Shown here piece after piece: positions 12,666 to 25,136 of a stretch of DNA of 52,256 nt (position 1 is the stretch's first letter; each line of letters begins with the position of its first letter). Below the pieces are notes generated by a model. The model made no database searches. It was not told the origin of the DNA and worked only from the letters and a program-made list of their open reading frames with translations. Origin of the DNA: Chiloscyllium plagiosum (Eukaryota). Both the position numbers and the translations under genes were made by a program. The stretch is from positions 15,140,998 through 15,193,253 of the forward strand of contig NC_057749.1 of the NCBI RefSeq assembly GCF_004010195.1, read 5' to 3'.

Positions 12666-13085
12666 TAAGGAAAAAATTCCTCCACTTTATTTGAAAGGTT
12701 CCTCATCATTAACCTTATCACACATTGCAAACAAGCTCGAGGTACTGGGAGCTGGTGACAGCTTAGCTTGCTAAAGGTTGGATACATCACACAGATTAGA
12801 TCAACTTGTGAGGCACAGGAGATGGGTCGTTGTGTCACAGAGATCTGCACAGGCAGCCCCGCACACTCAGTTCAGGGCATAAACGTTATGGAGAAAGCTC
12901 GTTGATCTTCACCCACCACCACACACACCCCAAAAGGCAGTAGGTAGCCACTTCTTATAACAATCCAGGGATTCTGTCTCCAATATTCTAGCTGGACACT
13001 CATTACCAGCGCTTTATTCCTTCTGTGAAATTCAAATTCAGCCTTAAAAGCAAATCCAGATATGCCCCTGCCATGCCTTTTATAG

Positions 13086-13300
13086 TGGGAGCTGGCTAAC
13101 TCAGTTGGCTGGATGGCTGATTTACGATGCAGAGAGATGCCAACAATTTCTACACAGGATTAAGGTTACCTTGAAGGACTCTCCTTCTCAACCTCTCTCC
13201 TCATCTGAGGCATGGTGACCCTCAGGTCAAACCAGCCCCGGTCATCTCTCACTAATGAGAGAGAGCAGCCGATGGTCTGATAGCACTATTGTGACTTCAA
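13086..13300 (+). mobile_element. tRNA-derived SINE, family 3
   Basis: Head taactcagttggctggatggctg; body ggtgaccctcagg..ctctc.ctaatgagagagagcagcc; antisense copy at 46115-46322. Confidence 0.65.
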
Positions 13301-13944
13301 CTGCATCAATGTCGCCTCTCAATATTCCAACAGTCCTCTTTGACAATCCCAGGTTTCTGCCTCTGCTCGGGAATCTGCTCCAAACATTCAGCGGCAACAC
13401 CAGAGAAAACATGCAACACATAAAACAGGCAGGCAGCGAATTCCGAACCATTGAGACCAGCCAGTTCACAGGGAAGTCTGTTATTGTAGGTCTCACCAGC
13501 TCAGAAGGCCCCAATCTGTTCTACACACTCTGGGACCACAGTCACTTCTCAACATGGTAGTCTATTTGAGCACAGCTAGCAACAATGAGACCCCTGACCA
13601 GTTAGCCTGCCTTTGCTGGTTTAGAGAGAGAGACCAACATCTGCCTCATCTCTTCACTTTTCCGACGTTATAGAGTTTCTGCCATCTCTCTGAACCCATC
13701 ATCGCTGACTCTGCTTCACTGCTGACAGCTGATCCTCCATGATATTGTCTCCTGTTTCTCCCCAACATCCAGGTGCCTCTCAAATCACCCTCTCCTCCCG
13801 AAAGTTTCACCTTAAAAAATCTACCTCGTTTCCCAAGCTTCAGCTCAACTATCCCAACATTTCCTGCATTGGCTTGGCGCCCATCTTATCCTTTGCATCT
13901 CTGTAAAGGACTGGGTGTGTGTCAACATCAATAATGCTCCATAA

Positions 13945-14085
13945 ATAAAGGCAAAATACCTTGGATTCTGGAAACCTGTAACGAACAGAGTGCTCAAGAA
14001 ACTCAGCAGGTCTGGCAACATCTCGTGGAGATGGAGAAACAGAGTTAAACAGTTTCGGGTCCGGTATAACTTTGCTTCAGAACTG
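13945..14085 (-). mobile_element. Penelope-terminus fragment (family D), degenerate hammerhead core
   Basis: Minus strand reads agttCTGAAGCaaagttataccggacccGAAActgtttaactctgtttctcc...ccagacctgctgagttt. Confidence 0.65.
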
Positions 14086-14580
14086 CCCTATAAATAGCTG
14101 TCCCATGTTACAAAATCTGAATATTGTGGGTGGTAAAGAAGACACACTTTGTTGAAGCTTTCCATCTTGCATCAGGACAATTCACAAGAATACCAATCTG
14201 AGGGCAGAGCCAAGTTAAACTGTTATTCTTACACATTGGCCTGACGACTGCAAAACAAAAACCTTCGAAAAAACTGTGCCTTTACTCATCAAAGCTCTAG
14301 AAAGGCACCAGCTTTGCCACCTGCCAGATACAAGACAACATCCATATCCTCATTTACTCTGTACCAACGGCTGTGGCACGGTTGTGTTGCTTTACACAAT
14401 GCGCCTAGTGCTTGATCGGTAGAGACCGTCCTTAGCACCAGACTCTTCTCCTCTATCCAACCCCCACAAACTACAGATGGGAGGGTAAGTAGTTTGCATT
14501 AATTTCAAGAGCACATTGGCAGCAAAGCTGTTACACAGGCAAGTTCAGCAGAGATCACAGCGGGTCAGACAGCATCCATG

Positions 14581-14717
14581 GACAGAGAGAGAGACAGAGA
14601 AAAAGAGACAGAGAGAGACACACACACACACACATACAGAGGGAGCCACACACAGAGAGAGAAAGCGAGCCACAGAGAGCCAGACAAACAGACAGAGAGA
14701 GAGAGACAGACAGAGAG
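14581..14717. repeat. Compound (GA/CA) microsatellite
   Basis: Low-complexity gaga/caca/gaca run. Confidence 0.9.
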
Positions 14718-14810
14718 CTGATGAAGAGCCATCTAGACTTGAAACGTTAGCTTGTTCTCTCTCTATGTATCCTGCCTGACCCACAATGACCTCCAGCACT
14801 TGTTGTTTTC
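14718..14810 (+). mobile_element. Penelope-terminus fragment with hammerhead-like core
   Basis: CTGATGA-a-gagcc-atcta-gactt-GAAA-cgtt, then ctgcctgaccc...tccagca; related antisense copy at 25710-25805. Confidence 0.7.
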
Positions 14811-16279
14811 CACTGTCTGTAGTAATTTGCTCCTACAAGTTCAGCTGAGGTTGCGTCTGCCTGATAACAGATTCAAACAGGAATAGGAAGTTCAGGATCG
14901 TAACCCACAGTACACCCACAATCAAAGAATCCCCCCCCACCAACCCCCCAAACCACCCAGTATCTGTTTGGTTGGTCCTATGTCCTGTTTGCAATCCACA
15001 AGTCCACAAAAGATGACGACACTTGACCGCAAAGGAACAGTTACTGTTTTGCGATGTCGAAGCACAACAAGGCACTTGATTTGAGGATGTGACAAAATAA
15101 CATGTTTTTGATTGGGAACAGACACATATATTCACCCCTCCACACAAACGCACAGAGTCATGCATGCTCATACACACACACACACACAGCAAATGACCAC
15201 CAGCTAAAGATTCATTGCGGGGATTACCATCATAGGAAACGTGCAGTGGGACACAGACCGAGACCATGCCACGTGCTCCTCAATCATTCCTCTGCAAAAA
15301 TGAATCAGTGTGGTTCACCTCTCCTCAGCTTTGAACCAGAGGCAAATTCCAGAACTTGTTTTGGGCGGTGGTGCGAGAGAAGAGAGATTACGCAGAGAGG
15401 CTGGACTCAATGAAAAGACCTGAAGCAACACCAAACTGGGAACATCAGAAATTGTAAACATCTCTCTCACTGCCACATATCCCACCCTCACTCCCCCGAC
15501 TCCTTTCCCTTCAATTTAGCAAATTCCTGGGATGACTGTTTGTCATGTGATGCTTACAGGGCTGTAAGGATTTTGTTTGGTTACAGAAGGCTCCCTTGCA
15601 ATGTAACCCTTTCTTCAAACACGCCAAGCATCCAGAAACAAGGTTACCTGGAAAAACTGGAGTCACGCAGAGTGCTCAGCACTCTGCCATCTTGGTAAAT
15701 TCTGCCAGCAGGTCAGCAGGGGAGGTTTAAGAGGCGGTGGGAGCATCGGCTTTGGGCAAGAGGCAAACAAAAAGGAATAGAGCTACCCCAATGAGATCTA
15801 CAAGGCCGTGAAGCACATCCATTCCCGACACAATAAATAGGAAGAGGCCATTCAGCCCTCAGAACCTAGTCCACCATTCCATGAGATCATGGCTGATCTC
15901 CTACTTCAATGCCACATGAAGCCAAGTAACTGATGGTTCTCTCAGAGTGAAGTGAAGGCAGTTTAGACAAGGTTTCCCAGACTAATACCTGGAATGGGCA
16001 GGTGGTCTGATGGGGAGAAGGCTGGGGAGGAGAGTCTTGTCCACTTGGTAACAGACTAGATGATTGAAACAGATACCACCCTGAGGGACGAGGAAAGGAG
16101 TTCCCTCGTAGAGGAAGAAATGAGAACAAGGCGTCAGAGTTTAAAAATAACAGGTCAGGCTGGATAGAAATGGAGCGTTCTTCCCTCTCTCTCAGTGCGT
16201 TTGGAACTCTCACCTTAAAGTATGGCCCCTAGTTTTGAAATCTCCCATCCTCATGAAAAGACACCTGCCTTTTCTATAC

Positions 16280-16760
16280 ATCCCCAGGATGTGGGCATCA
16301 CTGTCTAGACCAGCATTTATTGTCCATCCCTAATTGCTCAGAGGGCAGTTAAGGGTCAATTACATTGCTGTGGGTCTGGAGTCACATGGAGGCCGGGGCA
16401 GGTAAGGGTGGTGGTTTCCTTCCACAGAGGACATTAATGAAGCAAGTGGGTTTTTCTGACAATCGGCAACGTATACATGCCCATCATTAGATTCTTAACT
16501 CCAGACCTTTTTTTTAAAAACTGAATTCAAATTCCACCTTCTGCCCTGGCAGGGTTTGAATCTGGGTCTCCAGAACATTACTTGGGTCTCTGGATTATTA
16601 TCTTCGAGGAGAAAGTGAGGGCTGCAGATGCTGGAGATCAGAGCTGAAAAAGCGCAGCAGGTCAGGCAGCATCCAAGGAGCAGGAGAATCGACATTTCGG
16701 GCATAAGCCCTTCTTCAGATTATTAATCCAGAGATAACACCACTAAGCCATCACCTCCCC
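16280..16760 (-). mobile_element. SINE family 2, interrupted by a Penelope-terminus insertion
   Basis: Reverse complement of 1366-1722; foreign segment at about 16601-16717. Confidence 0.85.
16608..16718 (-). mobile_element. Penelope-terminus fragment (family A) with hammerhead core
   Basis: Minus strand: CTGAAGA-a-gggc-ttat-gccc-GAAA-tgtc; gattatta duplicated at 16593-16600 and 16718-16725. Confidence 0.85.
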
Positions 16761-17607
16761 TAACTCATTCACCTTCACCTCACAACTTTGTAAACCTCCA
16801 AGAAGGGGAGAAAAGTTAAAGAATGGCTGAGACAACTAACTAGTTAAGTATTCAGGTTACCCAATAACCAGGCACTGGTCAGAATGGAAACGTTTACAAA
16901 ACTCCAGGATTTAGATTCTATTTGAATTCTCTCTCCCTTTGGCCACATGTCAAAGTGCTCCATAGACAACAAAAAAAAACACAACGGTGGCTTTCACAAT
17001 GTTTAATCCCGATCACAACTGGGGAAAAGTGTCATTACTAACACACACGTGGCAGCTTCACATGGTACACAACCTCTCACTGTTTAGAAGCAGAAAAAGG
17101 CCAATTCGACTCAATGTTTTGTATATTAATTGCACCTGAACACCCAAGTGGCTTACACTGCAAAACTAGCCCAAAATCTCTCAATGCCGTTTACAGTGGT
17201 ACCTGCCTCGCACAAACAGGAGTGCAGATCTGGAACTTACTGTCCTGAAAAAGGCAGCATACGATGGGTCAGCTAATTGCCCAATTCGAAGCTCCGTGGG
17301 TTTTCTGCTGGGTGAGAATGAGAAGGCAAAGCAAGCGAGGGTCTGGAAACAGACTGATGCCATTCCAATGGATGGGGAAGCCAGAGGAGCTGTGGATGGG
17401 TAAACTAGTCAGTTTGTTTTGGACTGTCCCACCAGCAGTGGAACTGTATATTGTGTGAGAGAATGAGAGCGAGCGAGCATATGAGGGAGAGCAACAGCGC
17501 AACATGAGACAGTAGACCAACATCCACAGCCGCACCTTTCATCAGTCCAAGACTAAGTAGAAAGATCTGACGATGCTAAAATGTCTACCCTGCTAACCAA
17601 ACATCTG

Positions 17608-17820
17608 GGAGAAAGTGAGGGCTGCAGATGCTGGAGATCAGAGCTGAAAATGTGTTGCTGGAAAAGCGCAGCAGGTCAGGCAGCGTCCAAGGAACAGGAG
17701 AATCGACGTTTCGGGCATAAGCCCTTCTTCAGGAGAAGGGCTTATGCCCGAAACGTCGATTCTCCTGTTCCTTGGATGCTGCCTGACCTGCTGCGCTTTT
17801 CCAGCAACACATTTTCAGCT
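17608..17820. mobile_element. Young Penelope-terminus fold-back element (family A)
   Basis: ~89-bp inverted arms (17640-17728 / 17734-17822) with one mismatch; perfect 15-bp TSD ctaaccaaacatctg (17593-17607, 17821-17835); same terminus as 9519-9626. Confidence 0.93.
17703..17732 (-). ncRNA. Minimal hammerhead ribozyme motif (Penelope type)
   Basis: CTGAAGA-A-GGGC-TTAT-GCCC-GAAA-CG-TC: intact core, helix II, palindromic ACGT helix III and GUC cleavage triplet; helix I weak. Confidence 0.65.
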
Positions 17821-18546
17821 CTAACCAAACATCTGCTCAACATTTACAGCACAAACAGACCAGGAGCTGAGCTGGTCAATGCTGACACGAGTCTTTACTA
17901 CTGACACTTCATCTAATCTCACCACCAAACCCATTCAGCACTTTCTCCATCACATGATCATCTCACTTTCCCTCAAGTGCTATTCACCTCAACCATTCTT
18001 GGTGATAGCAAGCTCCACATTCTGACCATTCTCTAAGTTTCTTCTTTATCTCCGTTTGGATCCATCAGTGACTAACTTCAGGCTTATGGTCGCCAATCCT
18101 CAGGCCATAGGGGAAAGATCTCTATCTGCCTCACCAAATCCTTTTGAAATCATAATGGCCTCCCTCAGGTCAACCCTGGGGTCCTTCTCAGTCTGGGATT
18201 CAGACTGTTCGGCCTCTCATAACCACCTTAACCTCTCAGCCTTCCCAAAGCTCCAGGAGGAAGGAGGTCTGACTGCCATTCTCATCAGTCTTTCCCGGTC
18301 AATATTCCACCAATGTAGCACAATTGCTTCAAGCTAAGGCAATGTGCATTGGCTTTTCCACAGAGTTCTGGGATCTTCAGTGGGTTTCCACTGTGGGGTT
18401 CCTGACAGCTGCTGAAAACCACCATCATTCCCCAAAATAAAAACCAGGGCCGGGTTTCCGACTGTGAGGCCATGGGTGGGAATGCGAAGGAGTGAAAAGA
18501 ATGTAAACAAGGCACAGAAAGCAGCACAGTCGGCATGCGTGCTCAC

Positions 18547-18671
18547 GTTTCAGATGGTAACCGATATCTCGATGGTCAGTTTGTCCTCTCTCTCTCTCTA
18601 CATGGGCACTATCCAGACCGGAGTGTTTTCGCTGCTGACTGCCTTTTTCAGCAGCTGCAGCCTTCCCCTTC
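18547..18671 (-). other. Candidate 125-nt exon (probably non-coding)
   Basis: Minus-strand acceptor ttgtttcattataaacag| and donor aac|gtgagc in unique sequence. Confidence 0.25.
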
Positions 18672-18767
18672 CTGTTTATAATGAAACAACTGGGTTTCTG
18701 GTCAGTGTGCGTGGGCTGACAGTTCAGACCAGCCCAGTCCAGCAGCTACAAACACTCCCAAGAACCA

Positions 18768-19640
18768 CAAGACATAGGAGAAATAAGCCATTCAGCCCAT
18801 CTAGTCTACTCAACAAGATTATGGCTGATCTGATAAACCTTAACTCCCCTTTCCTGCTTTTTCCCTATAACCCTCGATTCCCCCTTACTGATTAAATATC
18901 TGCCTCTCTCAGCCTTGAATATATTTAATGACTCAGCCTCGACAGCCCTCTGTGGTAAAGAATTACACAAATACACTCCCCTCAGAAGAAATTCCTCCTT
19001 AACTCGGTCTTAAATGGGTGATCCCTTATTCTGAGATGTTACCTTCTGGTCCTAGACTTTCCCACAGCAAAATTAACCTCTCCGTATCTATCCTGTCCAG
19101 TCACAGAATCAGAGAGATGCACAGCATGGTAACAGACCCTTCGGTCCAACTGGTGCACACCGATCACATATCTTAAATTAATCTCGTCCCATTTGCCTGC
19201 ATTTGGCCCATATCCCTTTAAACCCTTGCTATTCATATACCCATCCCGATGCCTTTTAAATGGTTTTAAATAGCCTCCACCACTTCCTTTGGCAACTCTT
19301 CCATACACACACCACCCTCTGGGTGAAAAGGTTACCCGTCAGGTTCCTTTTATATCTTTCCCCTTTCACCTTAAATTTGTGGCCTCTATTTTTGGACTCC
19401 CCCAGCCCGGGGGGGAAAATACCTTGTCTACTTACCTTATCCATGCCCCTTATGATTTTGTACACCTGCATAAGGTCATCCCATCAGTCCAAGAGAATCC
19501 TGTCTGCTTCAATAAGGTCGCCTCTCATTCTTCTAAACTCCAGCACATAGAGGGCAGACCTACTCCAGCTCTCCTCATAAGACAGTCCCTACCTGGTACC
19601 AACCTAGTGAACCTTCTCTGGACTGCCTCCAGTGTATCTG
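18768..19640 (-). mobile_element. Older CR1 LINE 3' region split by a younger HER1-type insertion (about 19103-19487)
   Basis: Minus strand LEAVQRRFTRLVPG at the right; HER1-type piece VYKIIRGMDKV..GHKFKVKGERY..FTQRVV nested inside; cagtc at both junctions. Confidence 0.85.
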
Positions 19641-20511
19641 TTCTGAGAGGCACCCTGTTATCTCCCCGAGAGCCAGGCATCATGTATAGTGGAGTCTTGC
19701 AAGTGCACATAACCTCCATTGGGAAGGTGGCAGGGAGGATGAGGGAGAAACGTGTTACCTATTAGCATTGTCTGCATTGCTATACACACCTCAGCAATAA
19801 CCACTGGCTAGCCAATTAGGTCTCAGAACACTTGCAGAGCTCCTCACAAGTAGCTCAGAGCGTCTAATAAGTATTGTAGTGATGTACTGCCTGGAGACCA
19901 TCAACTTAGTTTGGGTACAAAACCTGAGTATTTCGAAATTAAAACCGTAACCGTACAAAACTTGCACTTACCCTAACAGTCACACACTCCCTCCCTACAA
20001 ATGGCACACACATTTCTGCAGAATATTAACTTATCACCAGTGTGTCGTCTTACAAGATCACTGCGGTTTGGCAACAACAATACAGACAGTCATCAAGTCC
20101 TCTTTGGTTTTGGCAATCAGAAATAATCTTAAAGAGGCCATTGTCATCCATTTCGGAGGGGGTGAGGAAGTTAGTGCATCAACAATTCTGCTGACTGTTT
20201 ACTGAGACACATCCTAAACAGTTACCGATAGGGACATCACCATCCATCATTGTGACAAGCTGAGTGCGAGTCATTGTCATCTTTTCAATAACACTGTTTC
20301 TCCAAAGGGTCTAAACAGAGATGGCTTTATGTGTCTGCTCAAAGCACCATTGAAAAAAGATGGAATGACTGGTGTTACCATTTGACTGAGTAGCCCAGGG
20401 TAAGGAGAAGGGAGAAGGATCTTAGCATTGGTGCTTGCTCCTCGGAGGATTTTTACACAAACCTTGTTGACAAGGCCCAACTTGAACCTTAAACCTCATC
20501 CCAGAAACGTT

Positions 20512-20869
20512 ATAGAATAGAATCATAGGATCCCTACAGTGTGGAAGCAGGTCACTCAGCCCATCGAGTCCACACTAACCCTCCAAAGAGCATCCCACCC
20601 AGATCCACCCCTACCCTATCCCTGTAAGCCTGCATTTCCCATGGCTAACCCACCTAACTTAGACATCCCTGGACACTGTGGGCAATTTAGCATGGCCAAT
20701 CCACCCTAACCTGCACATCTTTGGACTGTGGGAGGAAACTGGAGCACCCAGAGGAAACCCACACAGATACGGGGAGAATGTGCAAACCCCACACAGACAG
20801 TCACCTGAGAGTGGAATCGAACTCAGATCCCTGGCTCTGGGAGACAGCAATGCTAACCACGGAGCCACA
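20512..20869 (-). mobile_element. HE1-type V-SINE, full length
   Basis: Head, V-domain and (tctat)-type tail all present. Confidence 0.93.
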
Positions 20870-20997
20870 ATGCATTCTCTCTGCAACACCTCTCCATCCT
20901 TCCTAAAGTAAGGTCTCCAGGATAGAGCACAATTCCCCAGCTGAGTGCTTAACAGAAGTTTAACATAACGTCAGGAGAGTCTTCACCAGCCTTTTCA

Positions 20998-22315
20998 GAG
21001 GGCAGTTTGAATCAACTGCATTGCTATGGTGCTGGTGTTACACGTAGGCCAGACCAGGTAAGGAAGCCAGATTTCCTTCCCTGAAGGTCATATTAGTGAA
21101 CAAGATGGGTTTTTATAGAGTCATAGAGATGTACAGCATGAAAATAGACCCTTAGGTCCAACTCGTCTATGCCGACCAGATATCCCAACCCAATCTAGTC
21201 CCACCTGCCTGTACCTGGCCCATTTCCCTCCAAACCCTTCCTAATCATATACCCATCGAAATGCCTCTGAAATGTTGCAATTGTACCAGCCTCCACCATT
21301 TCCTCTGGCAGCTCATTCCATACACGTACCATCCTCTGTGTGAAAACGTTGCCCCTTAGGTCTCTTTTATATCTTTCCTCTCTCACCTTAAACCTATGCC
21401 CTCTAGTTCTGGACTCTCCCACCTCAGGGAAAAGACTTTGTCTATTTACCCTATCCATGCCCCTCATGATTTTATAAACCTCTAAGGTCATCCCTCAGCC
21501 TCTGGTGCTCCAGGGAAAACTGCCTATTCAATCTCTCCCTACAGGTCAAATCCTCCAACCCTGGCAACATCCTTGTAAATCTTTTCTGAACCTTTTCAAT
21601 TTTCACATCTTTCTGATAGGACGGAGACCAGAATTGCACACAATATTCCAAAAGTGGCCTAACCAATGTCCTGTACTCAATACTCTGACCAATACAGGAA
21701 AGTATACCAAACCCCTTCTTCACTCTCCTATCTACTTGTGACTCTACTTTCAAGGAGCTATGAACCTGCACTCCAAGGACTTCGGCAACACTCCCTAGGA
21801 CCTTACCATTAAGTGTGCAAGTCCTGCTAAGATTTGCTTTCCCAAAATGCAACACCTCACATTTAGCTAAATTAAACTCCATCTGCCACTTCTCGGACCA
21901 TTGGCCCATCAAGATCCTGTTGTAATCCGAGGTAACCTTCTTCACTGTCCACTACACCTCCAATTGTGGTGTCATCTGCAAACTTACTAACTATACCTGC
22001 TATGTTCACATCCAAATCATTTATATAAAAATCAAAATGTAGTGGACCAGGCACTGATCCTTATGTCTTACTGAAAAGTATGTATCATAACTTGTCTGAT
22101 TAGGCTGATTAAAGATAATTAAGGCAAGACCAAGTGAAATTATGTCAACTGATGATACCTTCAGTGAGGATGACTATGAAACTAATTTTCTGTTCCATTT
22201 TTGCTAACTGAATTTAAATTCCACCGGTTGCCATGCTGGGAATTGAACCTGTATCCCCATAACATCCAGCTGAGCCCCTGGATTACTGATCCAGAGACAT
22301 TACCACAGGGCCAGT
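20998..22315 (-). mobile_element. SINE family 2 split in two (20998-21113 and about 22170-22315) around a LINE insertion
   Basis: Two collinear halves of the 1366-1722 element flank the LINE. Confidence 0.65.
21114..22062 (-). mobile_element. HER1/CR1 LINE, 5'-truncated (~950 bp), frameshifted RT C-terminus
   Basis: YINDLD...SKFADDTTIGG..WQMEFN..KCEVLHFG..YRTLVRPLLEYCVQFWSP..EKVQKRFTRMLPGL; tail (ctatga). Confidence 0.95.
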
Positions 22316-22755
22316 GCCTACGCTCATACACATCCTCCAAAGCACTGGTCCTCAGGCTTCAAGCCCCTCTTAACCCTTCTAAAGCCCCAGCTACCTAGCT
22401 GACCCTCACTCCCTCCCCTGGTGAAGCCACTGACCCTTGCCCCAAAGTGAGGCACCTGGTACAGGATGTGTAATAGCTGCCAGAGGGTATGCAGTGTCTT
22501 TCCAGACTGTAACAGGAGGGAGCATCAGTTACATCACCCTTCAACAAAGAGTGAAGGTTCAAACCTGAATTCATCACGGCCCTCAAAGCAGGAATAAATT
22601 AAAAACAATTAGCATTGGACAAGCGTCACATAAAGGGGACTTGGTTATTTCAGTAACTATTTCATACGGGCAAGCATGGCTCAGATTTAGGTGTCGACGG
22701 GCTCTCTTTCATCCTGGTGTATTTACTGATCCCACTGGTTCAATGATAATTGCTG

Positions 22756-23025
22756 ACATAGAGACATAGAAAATAGGGGCAGGAGTAGGCCATTCGGCCC
22801 TTCCAGCCTGCCCCACCATTCAAGATGATCAAGGCTGGCCAAGCAACCTCAGTATCTCACTCCCGCTTTCTCTTCATCCCCCTCAATCCCTTTAGCCGCA
22901 AGGGCAACTTCCTGCTCCCTCTTGGATATATCTAACAAACTGGCCCCAACAGCTTGTGGGAGAGAATCCCACAGGTTCATAACTCTGAGTGAAGAAATTC
23001 TTCCTCATCCCAGTCCAGAATGGCG
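22756..23025 (-). mobile_element. CR1 LINE 3' end
   Basis: catagagacatagaaaataggggcaggagtaggccattcggccc tail; cccacaggttcataactctgagtgaagaaatt. Confidence 0.8.
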
Positions 23026-23424
23026 GACTGCTCACACTTCCTTCCCAATCCTCACTCTATGCTCACAGATTGGTTTCTATTCAGTGCCCTTAGCCCTGGG
23101 CTCTCAGAAACTGCTCATAAATAAAATGTTAGATGCTCCACATGGACATCTACATCCTGCATAATAAAATGTCTTAATGTGGAGACTTGCCCTGTCTCAA
23201 ACACATCCTATCCCTGGCACAAAGAGAAAAGGACGGGACTCGAGTTTCTTAAGAGCCAATCCAAAAACACCAACCTTGGCATTGCTGTCTCAAAGCAAAT
23301 CTCTCTGAAATTCTTTCCAAATCCGAGACTTGGTGGGAGAGGGGAATGGGAAACAATGTGATCGGAAGGTCAGGAAGGATGAAGCTTACCCTTTAAAATG
23401 GGAAACAAAACCTGTGATGCATGC

Positions 23425-23676
23425 GAGAGGAAACCTGAGGGGCAACTTTTTCATACAGGGTGGTGCATGTATGGAATAAGCTGTCAGAGGTAATGGTGAA
23501 GGCTGGGACAAATACAGCATTTAAAAGGCATCTGGATGGGTACATGAATGGGAAGGGTTTAGAGGGATATTGGCCAGGTGCTGACAAATGGGACTAGATT
23601 GGGTTGGGATATCTCATCGGCATGGACGGGTTGGACCCAAGGGTCTGTTTCCATGCTGTACATGTCTATGACTCTG
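23425..23676 (+). mobile_element. HER1/CR1 LINE 3' end
   Basis: ggggcaacttttt..agggtggtgc.tgtatggaat..gggtctgtttccatgctgtacat.tctatgactc. Confidence 0.88.
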
Positions 23677-24261
23677 ACCCGCTAACTGATCCAGCAGCCT
23701 GAACCATCAGTGTATTCTCCAATGTCACTCTGAAGCCACCCCAGGGAAAATCCACAAGCCGCTCACAAACTGGGAGCTGTGGTTTCCGTGGATGGTAACG
23801 CCGGCATGGGAGACGGTCAGATGGAACTTGCCACGGTGTGCAGTTGTGGTGGAAACAGCCTCCCTGCAACTCCTCTCTTGACAGTCATTTATAAAACTGG
23901 TGGCCAGTAAGAGCTAACACTATCTGGACTGCAGCTGCCCAACACCACACACAGCATCAGCTCATCAAATTGCAGTTGGATTCCCCAGGGCTCCACCCCT
24001 CCCCAACCACCCATTCAAAGTGACTGCCCTCTCCCAAAGTGAGCAACACCCACAGTTAAAACACATCAGGCCATGAAACCTCACTGTTCACCAGAGACTG
24101 TCTCCACAGGATCATACAGTACAGCAGAGGCCCTTCCGTCCACCAAGCGTGTACTACCAAAAGCATTCACTAGCACGTGGCCCAGGGTCTTCAATATTAT
24201 GCCATTTCAAATGCTCTTCCAAATACTTTTTAAAGGTTGTGAGGTTTCCCATGTTGACTAT

Positions 24262-24572
24262 GGCACGGGGGCTCAGTGGTTAGCACTGCTGCCTCACAGC
24301 ACCAGGGACCTGGGTTCAATTCCAGCCTCAGACGACTGTCTGTGTGGAGTTTGCACATTCTCCCCGTGTCTGCGTGGGTTTCCTCCAGATGCTCCAGTTT
24401 CTTCCCACAGTCCAAAAATGTGCAGGTTAGGTGAATTGGCCATGCTAAATTGCCCATAGTGTTAGGTGTATTAGTCAGAGGGGAATGGGACTGGGTGGGT
24501 TACTCTTTGGAGGGTCGGTGTGGACGTGTTGGACTGGAGGGCCTGTTTCCACACTGTAAGGGAATCTAATTT
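24262..24572 (+). mobile_element. HE1-type V-SINE
   Basis: ggctcagtggttagcactgctgcctcacag..gggttcaattcc head, V-domain, tail. Confidence 0.93.
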
Positions 24573-24783
24573 AGACATCCCTGGACACTATGGGGCAATT
24601 TAGCATGGCCAATCCATTCTAACCTCTACATCGTTGGACTGTGGGAGGAAACTGGAGCACCCGGAGGAAACCCACGGGGAGAATGTGCAAACTCCACGTA
24701 GACAGTCACCTGAGGCTGGAATCGAACTCAGGTCCCTGGTACTGTGGGGCAGCAGTGCTAACCACTGAGCCACTGTGCCGCCC
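24573..24783 (-). mobile_element. HE1-type V-SINE, 3'-truncated, tail-to-tail with the previous copy
   Basis: Reverse complement of the 5' ~210 nt of HE1. Confidence 0.9.
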
Positions 24784-24789
24784 AACCGC

Positions 24790-25052
24790 ATTGCTGAGCA
24801 TCTGGAATTGCATGTAGGCCAGATCAGGTTAGGATGGCAGATTCCCTTCCCTGAAGGGCACTACTGAACCGGACTAGTTTTTTTACAAACATTGTTAACA
24901 GGTTTCACAGTCACCACTTCCACATTCTCGTTAAAAGAATTTCAATTGCATCAGCTGCCATGCTATCATGCAAATCTATGTCCCCACAGCAATAGCCTGA
25001 GCCTGGGATTAGTAGTCCAGAGACATTATTATCTCTACCCTACCATCTCCCC
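24790..25052 (-). mobile_element. SINE family 2 fragment
   Basis: catgtaggccaga.cagg.taggatggcagatt.ccttccctgaagg.cac matches the family. Confidence 0.75.
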
Positions 25053-25136
25053 ATGAGGCAATAACACCAGTGTTTCAGCCATGTGCATTTAATTTTTACA
25101 CAAACTCTCTAACACTTTAGATTAAACTGTACACTA

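Noticed and set aside
18547..18567. tttcagatggtaaccgat resembles antisense miR-29 pieces
   Set aside because: Segments are in the wrong order and there is no hairpin
24262..24330. tRNA-like A/B boxes as tRNA genes (also in other SINE heads)
   Set aside because: They continue into SINE bodies; no independent cloverleaf
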